64,000 bases of DNA from a virus. Taxonomy: Duplodnaviria; Heunggongvirae; Uroviricota; Caudoviricetes. The notes beneath the pieces are model-generated. The model saw nothing but the letters and a program-made list of their open reading frames with translations. It was not told the DNA's origin and searched no databases. This document shows positions 1-6,985 of the stretch, piece by piece (within the stretch, counting starts at the first letter, position 1; every line of letters begins with the position of its first letter). The stretch covers positions 172,263-236,262 of the IMG/VR virus record IMGVR_UViG_3300020429_000539. The stretch is one strand, 5' to 3'. The translations under genes and the position numbers were made by a program.

Positions 1-136
1 CAATCGCTTTGATACTGAATCTGCCAGGCTCGTGGCGTCGCTTCTGTCACAGGCTCGCCATCTGGGGATTCTGCAAAGGCCCGCGCCCGACACGCCTGCC
101 GAATGCCGCCAGAACGAGTTGATGGCCTGCATTTGA

Positions 137-143
137 CCACATA
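137..143 (+). promoter_or_regulatory. First of ~60 CCACATA (some NCACATA) elements between 137 and ~39900; putative phage-specific promoter
   Basis: Exactly 25 nt to ATG 169; same spacing at dozens of other sites (see findings). Confidence 0.75.
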
Positions 144-168
144 CTGAAGAGCGGCGGTCTCAGCGTGC

Positions 169-621
169 ATGAACAACGCACGCTTTCTCCAAAACGTTGA
201 TGTCACCGAGGCCAGCCTTGGTTCGACATCTCTCGCCGTCTTCGAGGACCAGCAAGGCTGCGTCTTCGCAGTAGAAGAGTCCTTCGTGGACCAGGTGGGA
301 TGCATCGTCTCTTCGCCGATGCAGCACGGCGAACTGACGCTCCTGGCTGATGCCACCCCGACAGACGACGACCTCGCCGAGGTTGACCGAGAGGCTCTCG
401 CTGAGTTCGGCGAGAACCCCTTTGCTGTTCCTCAGTTCGTTCTGCTGACAATCCTCAACCTGATGGCCAGTGCCCATGAGTCTGCGTGGACGCGGGGTGC
501 CCTGAAGACGGTCCTCGTGCGTCGGGGTTGTTCTGAAGAGCAGTTCGAGGAAGCTCTTCGGCTCGCGACAAGCCAATACCAAGAGACCGTGGCAGGCACT
601 TCTTTGGCGAAGAAGGCGTAA
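169..621 (+). CDS. hypothetical protein
   Basis: 150-aa ORF, start 25 nt after CCACATA, abuts next ATG. Confidence 0.8.
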   Translation: MNNARFLQNVDVTEASLGSTSLAVFEDQQGCVFAVEESFVDQVGCIVSSPMQHGELTLLADATPTDDDLAEVDREALAEFGENPFAVPQFVLLTILNLMASAHESAWTRGALKTVLVRRGCSEEQFEEALRLATSQYQETVAGTSLAKKA

Positions 622-1047
622 ATGGGCTACACCATTACCATCAAGTCTAAAGACGATGCTGAGCGCCAGAAGATGTATGCATTCCTTCTTCGCGAGTTTC
701 GCGAATGGAAAGACATCTTCCCTGTCTACGAAGGCCACATGACAGGCTGCTCAGTGGTTGAAGAGGAAGACGGAAGCGTTGGCTTTCACTACAAGTCTTG
801 GATTGATGCTGCTGAGCGTCGCTACATCTATATGATCATGGTACTGCTTCATGACCTCGGCTTTGGCGATGGCATCTGGCTGTATGACGGCGCGTCTGAC
901 GGCGATGAACAACCTGACAGCTACAGAGAATACAGCGATACCTGGCGTCATTTTGCCAGTTTTTCGTGTCATGATATCGATCAAGTCATTTCCACCATCG
1001 AAGGAGAAGTCGAGCGGCTGAAGCAGTCGTGGGAAAGCCAGTCATGA
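622..1047 (+). CDS. hypothetical protein
   Basis: 141-aa ORF, ATGA overlap with next gene. Confidence 0.8.
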   Translation: MGYTITIKSKDDAERQKMYAFLLREFREWKDIFPVYEGHMTGCSVVEEEDGSVGFHYKSWIDAAERRYIYMIMVLLHDLGFGDGIWLYDGASDGDEQPDSYREYSDTWRHFASFSCHDIDQVISTIEGEVERLKQSWESQS

Positions 1048-1379
1048 ACAAGTTCCTCTATACGTATCGAGGCGTCGAGCTTTTGTGGGAGGTCGTTGCG
1101 GACCATGGTTCGAAAGGCCTGCTGTGCAAGACCATCAGCGGGATTTTCGGTGGGATGCAATATTACTCCTGCAATGCATCAGCGTACTTTTCGCCGTCGC
1201 ATGTCAGCAGGTTGGTCTCTGATGCTGAGTCGCGACGCTTGAGGCGGCTGTCCTCTCATCGAACAAGTGAACTTGGGACTGGGTATACTCTCCTCCATGG
1301 ACGAAAGACCCTATCGGAAGACCAAAAAAGAGAAGACCCCCAAGACGCAGTACATGCTCTACTACAGGACCAAGCCTGA
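1044..1379 (+). CDS. hypothetical protein
   Basis: ATGA-coupled start (MNKFLYTY); 3' part overlaps next ORF so end uncertain. Confidence 0.55.
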   Translation: MNKFLYTYRGVELLWEVVADHGSKGLLCKTISGIFGGMQYYSCNASAYFSPSHVSRLVSDAESRRLRRLSSHRTSELGTGYTLLHGRKTLSEDQKREDPQDAVHALLQDQA

Positions 1380-1542
1380 CTCGAAATACATAGAGTACGG
1401 CCCAATTCACTCGAAGAAGGCTGTGGTACAAACAGTGGCTAGATACAAGGGGATGTTCGGCGAAGAGGCTGCCTACTGGGAAGTCTATGACCCGAACGCG
1501 AGAAAGAAGAGCTATGGCAATCGACGGAGACATCCTGATTGA
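1297..1542 (+). CDS. hypothetical protein
   Basis: Basic ORF MDERPYRK...; start uncertain. Confidence 0.55.
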   Translation: MDERPYRKTKKEKTPKTQYMLYYRTKPDSKYIEYGPIHSKKAVVQTVARYKGMFGEEAAYWEVYDPNARKKSYGNRRRHPD

Positions 1543-1993
1543 ATTCATTCGCGAGTCGAATGCAATCGAGAACATCCATCGTGCGCCTCGCCAGACTGAG
1601 ATCGACATCCACGAGAAGCTTCTCGCGCGAGATGAAATAATCATCGCCGACCTCGTGGAGTTCGTATGGACCGTTCAACCTGGCGCGAACCTGCGCAACA
1701 GGCTCGACATGGATGTCTGGGTTGGGCGTCACACTCCGCCGCCTGGCGGACCGGATGTTCAAGAGATGCTTGACGGTTTGCTTCAGCGCATCTCGCTCCG
1801 TGACATCTCTCCTTGGGAGGCTCATGCCACCTACGAGACGATTCATCCCTTCATGGACGGTAATGGTCGTAGCGGACGGGCACTCTGGCTGTGGCATTCT
1901 ATCCGTGATGGCGAGTTTGTTCCAGGTCGTTCGTTTCTACAGCATTGGTATTACTCAACCCTTGACCGATTCCGACTGCCGAAAAGGATTTGA
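1514..1993 (+). CDS. fic: Fic/Doc family protein
   Basis: Fic motif HPFMDGNGRSGR; N-terminal ESNAIE. Confidence 0.9.
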   Translation: MAIDGDILIEFIRESNAIENIHRAPRQTEIDIHEKLLARDEIIIADLVEFVWTVQPGANLRNRLDMDVWVGRHTPPPGGPDVQEMLDGLLQRISLRDISPWEAHATYETIHPFMDGNGRSGRALWLWHSIRDGEFVPGRSFLQHWYYSTLDRFRLPKRI

Positions 1994-1995
1994 GC

Positions 1996-2286
1996 ATGAA
2001 GTTTGATTGCGAGAAATGCGGAGATGTCGATTCTGTCATCGTTGATGGCTACGGCTTTGGTGACCGGCTGCTCGAAGGCGTGATGTTCAAGGTCTTCTAC
2101 AAGGATGGAAAGCTTGTTGCTGAAGTCACGCCTGATAGCGCTGACTACTTCAATGACCTGAACACGAAGAAATGGCTCAAGGCCTGTGTTCAGCATGTCG
2201 AGGATATGGAGGATGATGTCGAGGGGCAATGCCCTTGCTGCAACGAAGACATCTACCTTCGACCCGACAATAAGCCTCGCGACTGA
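1996..2286 (+). CDS. Zn-ribbon hypothetical protein
   Basis: CEKC ... CPCC pairs. Confidence 0.75.
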   Translation: MKFDCEKCGDVDSVIVDGYGFGDRLLEGVMFKVFYKDGKLVAEVTPDSADYFNDLNTKKWLKACVQHVEDMEDDVEGQCPCCNEDIYLRPDNKPRD

Positions 2287-2326
2287 AAAGAATCTGACTT
2301 TTTGGAGTGAATTACTGAAGGAGTTC

Positions 2327-2354
2327 TTGACAAGGCTCCGAAAAGGGTTAGTAT
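2327..2354 (+). promoter_or_regulatory. sigma70-type promoter upstream of tRNA-Leu cluster
   Basis: TTGACA-N16-TAGTAT. Confidence 0.6.
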
Positions 2355-2521
2355 CATGACTATGCAGAGCGTCACGCTCCATCTCGGCTTGCTGTTACTC
2401 GCGTGAGGGGACGAACCCCACCAACGCTTGCAGTACGGCAAGACCTCACCATCAAAAACTGAAGAACATACTCGCTGAACCGCTCGCTTTATAGCTGACG
2501 TTCATAATGGGCGAGTTTTAT

Positions 2522-2603
2522 GGCTCCATGGCGGAACTGGCAGACGCGCCGGATTCAAAATCCGGTTCCGAGAGGAGTCCCGGTTCGACCCCGGGTGGAG
2601 CTA
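2522..2603 (+). tRNA. trnL: tRNA-Leu(CAA)
   Basis: Cloverleaf, ccgga-ttCAAaa-tccgg, long variable arm, no CCA. Confidence 0.95.
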
Positions 2604-2636
2604 TTGACTCTCGTCAACAGATGAGAGCTACTTTTA

Positions 2637-2718
2637 GGCCCTGTGGCGGAATGCAGACGCGCCTGCCTCAGAAGCAGGTTCCCGAAAGGGAGTGAAGGTT
2701 CAAATCCTTCCAGGGTCA
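2637..2718 (+). tRNA. trnL: tRNA-Leu(CAG)
   Basis: cctgc-ctCAGaa-gcagg, long variable arm. Confidence 0.95.
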
Positions 2719-2720
2719 TT

Positions 2721-2888
2721 ATGAAAAAAGAGAAGGAGGTCAAACGAATTGTTCGAGATAGGCTTCTTACCAAAGAAGAGGCCGAAAAAGACGAGCAAGT
2801 CAGACAGCAGGTTGAGAAAGAATCCGATGATCTGATTCAGGGTCATTTACAACGTGGGTGTGGCGGAATGGCAGACGCGCCACCTTGA
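2721..2888 (+). CDS. small charged ORF between tRNAs, runs into tRNA-Leu(GAG)
   Basis: MKKEKEVKRIVRDRLLTKEEAEK...; may be a gene remnant. Confidence 0.35.
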   Translation: MKKEKEVKRIVRDRLLTKEEAEKDEQVRQQVEKESDDLIQGHLQRGCGGMADAPP

Positions 2889-2936
2889 GGTGGTGGTTCC
2901 CGAAAGGGAGTGGAGGTTCGAATCCTCTCATCCACA
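2854..2936 (+). tRNA. trnL: tRNA-Leu(GAG)
   Basis: ccacc-ttGAGgt-ggtgg. Confidence 0.95.
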
Positions 2937-2944
2937 TTACATTT

Positions 2945-3026
2945 GGGGATATGGCGGAATTGGCAGACGCGCCGGCTTTAGGTGCCGGTGGGGAAACCCG
3001 TGCAGGTTCGAACCCTGTTATCCCTA
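2945..3026 (+). tRNA. trnL: tRNA-Leu(TAG)
   Basis: ccggc-ttTAGgt-gccgg. Confidence 0.95.
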
Positions 3027-3031
3027 TTGAT

Positions 3032-3113
3032 GGCTCCATGGCGGAATAGGCAGACGCGAGGGATTTAAAATCCCTTTCCTTCGGGAGTCCCGGTTCGAGC
3101 CCGGGTGGGGCTA
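3032..3113 (+). tRNA. trnL: tRNA-Leu(TAA)
   Basis: aggga-ttTAAaa-tccct. Confidence 0.95.
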
Positions 3114-3148
3114 CTTCCACATAGCCTGAAGCTGCCGCGTCATGCAAC

Positions 3149-3532
3149 ATGACGGATGAGGCGTTCATCTCTTTCTTGACGGCTCTGCGAGACCGCTGCG
3201 GCGCGAAGCTGTGCGGCTCGTGGGCTGAAGGCACCCAGGACATGAAGCCGGGGATGTTCTCGGACATCGACCTCGTGGTCCGCTACACAGACCGAGAAGA
3301 AGGCAAAACACGACCCATCGAGGAGGCCATCAAGGTCTTCGACGAGTTCGGGGTTCCGTGGGACAGCCATATCGTCGGTCAGATTTCCTCTCCGCGCGAT
3401 TTGCAGACGCTCCCTCGGCCTGTAGAAGTGATGGAGTCGTCGTGGATTGCACCCAAACCTGAATACAAGCCCGAGGTCAATGTCTTTGGCGTAACGTTTC
3501 AATCGTTTCGTCGTTCGTGGAGACAGAGATGA
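3149..3532 (+). CDS. minimal nucleotidyltransferase (Pol beta superfamily)
   Basis: LCGSWAEG...SDIDLVV motif (hG[GS]x9-13DxD). Confidence 0.75.
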   Translation: MTDEAFISFLTALRDRCGAKLCGSWAEGTQDMKPGMFSDIDLVVRYTDREEGKTRPIEEAIKVFDEFGVPWDSHIVGQISSPRDLQTLPRPVEVMESSWIAPKPEYKPEVNVFGVTFQSFRRSWRQR

Positions 3533-3933
3533 GTAGTGAATACAACTGGCATATGCCATCCAATCCGAATCGTTTTGAGTTTCAACGTGCTGTCGAGGAA
3601 TGCCAGAAGGTCTGCGAATATTTGAAGACGGCAGCCACGCCGGTTCATCTTGGAGGCTGGGACGGCAGTGGAGAGCCTCTTTTTACCCCAAGCCTCATCT
3701 CCTTCAACGGTCGTCACGATTCGGCGCAGACGTTTCAGATCAGGTTCGACGGCTCGGGTCCGAACTCGTGCGACACGGACTCGCTGCAATACGACATCGC
3801 GGTTCGCTGCTGTCTTCTCATCTTCGAGGAGCAAGTGAACGGGTTCACTTACACAGGTGGTCCTAGCCGCGAGGCGTGGGAATATAGTCGGGCACTGATT
3901 GAAAATGCTCGAACTAATGCAAGTGATAGTTAG
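3529..3933 (+). CDS. hypothetical phage protein
   Basis: ATGA-coupled 134-aa ORF. Confidence 0.8.
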   Translation: MSSEYNWHMPSNPNRFEFQRAVEECQKVCEYLKTAATPVHLGGWDGSGEPLFTPSLISFNGRHDSAQTFQIRFDGSGPNSCDTDSLQYDIAVRCCLLIFEEQVNGFTYTGGPSREAWEYSRALIENARTNASDS

Positions 3934-3980
3934 ATGCTGTAGAATATATCCTTCTATCCGTTTGAAGGAGCTACAGCGTT

Positions 3981-4253
3981 ATGAGTCACGAATCAGGCAC
4001 CCACGAGCAACGTAAACCAGCTTTTCACATCAATGATCCGAATCCACTGATGGGGAACCGAATCATCGTCACGATGAACCCACTGATGGCTCGGGCTTTG
4101 TGTGACTTGCTCGACAGTGTGGAACTCGGTGAAAACGAGAGCCATATCTACGCGATGAAAAAGCATATCCGTCGCTATTATCACAAGCTCAAAGAGCAAC
4201 GCGGCGGAGTTGAGGCATCGGAGGATGTCCGCGAGGTTGTCCTCAGCGAGTGA
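3981..4253 (+). CDS. hypothetical protein
   Basis: SD GAAGGAG upstream; 90 aa. Confidence 0.75.
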   Translation: MSHESGTHEQRKPAFHINDPNPLMGNRIIVTMNPLMARALCDLLDSVELGENESHIYAMKKHIRRYYHKLKEQRGGVEASEDVREVVLSE

Positions 4254-4297
4254 ACCTATAATAACAGGTTCATCTTTTTGCCGATAATAAGAAGCTT

Positions 4298-4371
4298 GGG
4301 CGATTAACTCAGTTGGCCAGAGTGCAACCTTTACACGGTTGAAGTCGGGGGTTCGAGTCCCTCATCGCCTA
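4298..4371 (+). tRNA. trnV: tRNA-Val(TAC)
   Basis: caacc-ttTACac-ggttg, canonical D and T arms. Confidence 0.95.
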
Positions 4372-4374
4372 CGT

Positions 4375-4447
4375 AGGCCCTTAGCTCAGCGGTCAGAGCA
4401 GGGAACTCATAATTCCTTGGTCGTCAGTTCGAATCTGACAGGGCCTA
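4375..4447 (+). tRNA. trnI: tRNA(CAT), probably Ile2 (lysidine) rather than Met
   Basis: gggaa-ctCATaa-ttcct; body resembles bacterial tRNA-Ile2 (GGCCCTTAGCTCAG...CTCATAAT..TTGGTCG). Confidence 0.8.
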
Positions 4448-4563
4448 TTTTAGGGGAGCCTCGTGGAACAGGCACTTCGCGGAAGATGGGTGCTATCTCT
4501 CCGCCCACATACGATTCCGCGACAACCCCATGAGGCGTGGACGATCGGAACCTCCTGCTCCTA

Positions 4564-4634
4564 GGGGCGTTGGTTTACAGAGATGCACGATGCTTCAATC
4601 GTCGTGTGAGGGGTTGCAATCCCCCTCCGTCCCA
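4564..4634 (+). tRNA. atypical tRNA with UCA anticodon (opal suppressor/Trp-like)
   Basis: Acceptor ggggcg/cgtccc, cgatg-ctTCAat-cgtcg, T arm agggg-ttgcaatc-cccct (8-nt loop), weak D arm. Confidence 0.55.
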
Positions 4635-4637
4635 TTT

Positions 4638-4760
4638 GCGAAAGTAGCTCAACTGGTAGAGCATCTTGCCCCATGATGGAGCGTACGCGAAGTCACAGCC
4701 AGTCCGGAACGGCTGCGGGGATCAACAAGAAGGTTAGGGGTTCGACTCCCTTCTTTCGCT
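4638..4760 (+). tRNA. Gly-like tRNA with 50-nt structured insertion in anticodon loop
   Basis: gcgaaag/ctttcgc acceptor, U73, perfect D and T arms, anticodon stem tcttg/caaga enclosing 57 nt. Confidence 0.8.
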
Positions 4761-4767
4761 TTCAGGA

Positions 4768-4836
4768 CTAGGGATGGTGTAATGGTAACACAGTCCTTCG
4801 GGACAGTCTATCGAGGTTCGATTCCTCGGCCCAAGG
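4768..4836 (+). ncRNA. tRNA-like RNA whose anticodon loop is a cUUCGg tetraloop
   Basis: D arm gtgt-aatggta-acac, gtcc-TTCG-ggac, T arm cgagg-ttcgatt-cctcg; acceptor has 2 mismatches. Confidence 0.7.
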
Positions 4837-4843
4837 TCCGTAG

Positions 4844-4981
4844 CTGCTGACAAGGCCCGCAAGGGAGGGTAACAGGAACCACCCGGAGTTGAAGCCAATG
4901 TTCCAAAGCCTCTTCGGACGCGGAGAGGCAATCTGGTCAGGCGACTGACTGGAACGGCAAAGAGGCACTCGCGGTCAGCAG
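4844..4981 (+). ncRNA. multibranched structured RNA, unknown class
   Basis: ctgctgac/gtcagcag closing helix; gttcca/tggaac; gcctct/agaggc; GCAA and GCGA tetraloops; no ORF. Confidence 0.65.
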
Positions 4982-4983
4982 AG

Positions 4984-5013
4984 GCCCTCGTCTTTCGGGA
5001 CGGGGGCTTTTTT
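4984..5013 (+). terminator. intrinsic terminator of the RNA island
   Basis: gccctcgtc-tttcgg-gacgggggc-TTTTTT. Confidence 0.85.
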
Positions 5014-5143
5014 CGTGTCCCTGCTTGATTCCGCCGAGATGCTCCTGTACCGTTACCACATACGTTGCAGGACTGGCTTCATGGGCCGTGAGACGGGACG
5101 TTCCCTCTTACACAGTCAACCGCCAGCATCAAGGAGATACATC

Positions 5144-5731
5144 ATGGCGAAGAAGGCATCCACCAAGAAGACCGGCTCGAAGGCCAAACGGACTCGTCGC
5201 GTGCGGTCCACCACCCGCTCGTCCATCATCCCCGTGTGGAGCGAGGGTCGCGAGGGCAGCAACAAGAACACGACCAAGCACAACCCCGAGGCGGGCAACC
5301 CCGATTCGCTCGTGGCGCACGTCAAGGAGTTCTTCGGCACGGTCGCCAAGCGGTTCGAGGCCAACAAGGGCTACGGTCGCCAGCACATCAACAGCAACGG
5401 CGTGGTCCATCCTGACGCGGCCCTGACCAAGAGCAATCGCGCCTGCACCAAGACGGCGATTCAGTTCATCGAGGTTCTCGCGCAGCGTGCTGCCCTCGCC
5501 GGCAACAAGGAAGCCGAGGCCATTTTCGAGGGCTCGCTGGCGACGCCCGCCGAGGCCAAGAAGTTCCTCGCCGACATCGCCAAGTTCGCCCGCGAACGCG
5601 CCAACCAGATCAAGGCCGATGAGAGCCAGGCGATTCTCGATGACATCGCCAAGGACATCGGCCTCGAAGACGGCTCGTCGCTCGTGCCCGCGTCGAAGGC
5701 CAAGGCCAAGCCGAAGGCCAAGGCTGGGTGA
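5144..5731 (+). CDS. Lys/Arg/Ala-rich putative nucleic-acid-binding protein
   Basis: SD AAGGAG, MAKKASTKKTGSKAKRTRRVR N-tail, KAKAKPKAKAG C-tail, strongly biased codons. Confidence 0.85.
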   Translation: MAKKASTKKTGSKAKRTRRVRSTTRSSIIPVWSEGREGSNKNTTKHNPEAGNPDSLVAHVKEFFGTVAKRFEANKGYGRQHINSNGVVHPDAALTKSNRACTKTAIQFIEVLAQRAALAGNKEAEAIFEGSLATPAEAKKFLADIAKFARERANQIKADESQAILDDIAKDIGLEDGSSLVPASKAKAKPKAKAG

Positions 5732-5757
5732 CAGGCACCTGATTCCCCTCACAAAAG

Positions 5758-5786
5758 GCCGCGCCTGTAATGGGCGTGGCTTTTTT
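5758..5786 (+). terminator. intrinsic terminator
   Basis: gccgcgcc/gggcgtggc hairpin + T6. Confidence 0.75.
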
Positions 5787-5823
5787 CTATCCACATACGA
5801 AGATCCTGCCGATACTATTAGGT

Positions 5824-6168
5824 ATGAACGCAGACGACATTCGTAGCGCGGTCGATGAGAAGTGGTCCCCAGAGGCACGGCTGCTCATCGAGAAGGCAGC
5901 ATCAACGGTTCACGAACACGCGGAAGCCCGTGTGGAACGTGAGCGAGAACTGATTGACGCGCTCGATGTTGCTCTGAAGGAAGCGACGACTCCGTGGTAT
6001 CTGAGTCTGTGGCCGAGCAAGAAAAGGTTCCGAGCGCTTGCGCATGCGTGCAGGATCGGAGATGAAGCTGAAGAAGGAATGATGGCGTTCGCCGAGGAAC
6101 AGGGAATCCATGTCGAGGGAACGGGATATCCGGCTGATGAAGAAGGTAGCCCGCGAACAGCGTCTTGA
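5824..6168 (+). CDS. hypothetical protein
   Basis: ATG 26 nt after CCACATA 5791. Confidence 0.75.
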   Translation: MNADDIRSAVDEKWSPEARLLIEKAASTVHEHAEARVERERELIDALDVALKEATTPWYLSLWPSKKRFRALAHACRIGDEAEEGMMAFAEEQGIHVEGTGYPADEEGSPRTAS

Positions 6169-6243
6169 ACGCGAACGCGAGCATGGCCGTCTCCGTGCCA
6201 AGTCATTCGGAGGCAAACCCTCGCCCAGGGCTGACCGTCGCAA

Positions 6244-6954
6244 ATGGAAACAGAACCGCGACGACCTATGAACAGACCAAGACTCAAACTCACAATCGAA
6301 GTCCCATTTGATGCGCCGTTGAGCGGCGAGACTGTCGAGGAGAAGACTGACAAACTCCTCGATGAGGTCCGTCGTGTTTTGCCTTCCGCCGAGATGTTGG
6401 GTGCAAGGGTCGAGGCAACGACTCTGTGGGAAAAGAACGAGGCGTCTGATTCGGACGACGTTTTGCGTCTGATCGATACGGCCTTTCTTCGTCTCGTGGC
6501 TATCGCTGACATCATCGGGGTAGACACGGCAGACGTGCGACGTGACCTGACTGTGGTTCCTCACCTTGATAATCACACTTCCAAGCCCGACCCGGGTGAG
6601 GCCCACGTTGTCCGGGTGGGCAGGCTCCTTCTTTACCGCTCCTTGTTCAACGGCGTGCGAGTATGGGTCGTGAGCGGTCAGCGTCGAGATGTCGAGCCAG
6701 GCACTCATGGTGGAGATGCTTTTCTGTCTGAACAGGTACAGGTTTGCAGAGATACGGAGTTCAGGGGTGTGCTGTCAGTTCTGCTCAATGCGCTGTCCAG
6801 CGAGAAGATCAACAGCCATTTTCGCGCGCAAGTTGACGAGTCTGAATACCTGATTCAAGTCGCGGAAGATTCCTCGGCGGCGCAGACCAAGGATTGTCAA
6901 GGGTTTATGAAGGGCGGCGAAAAAAGTCGCCCAAAAACAACCCCAAGCGGTTGA
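6244..6954 (+). CDS. hypothetical protein
   Basis: 236-aa ORF. Confidence 0.7.
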   Translation: METEPRRPMNRPRLKLTIEVPFDAPLSGETVEEKTDKLLDEVRRVLPSAEMLGARVEATTLWEKNEASDSDDVLRLIDTAFLRLVAIADIIGVDTADVRRDLTVVPHLDNHTSKPDPGEAHVVRVGRLLLYRSLFNGVRVWVVSGQRRDVEPGTHGGDAFLSEQVQVCRDTEFRGVLSVLLNALSSEKINSHFRAQVDESEYLIQVAEDSSAAQTKDCQGFMKGGEKSRPKTTPSG

Positions 6955-6979
6955 CGGTCGCGAGGGAGCGGTTTATACT
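6951..6979 (+). promoter_or_regulatory. sigma70-type promoter for the large ncRNA
   Basis: TTGACG-N17-TATACT. Confidence 0.8.
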
Positions 6980-6985
6980 TCCCCC

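Noticed and set aside
2360-2505. tmRNA (frame ending ...EPLAL* and a GGGGAC...CCCCACCA stretch)
   Set aside because: No G3:U70 acceptor, T-arm or D-loop consensus; region too short
4564-4634. tRNA-Sec
   Set aside because: No long variable arm or extended acceptor stem; no SelA/B/D genes in window
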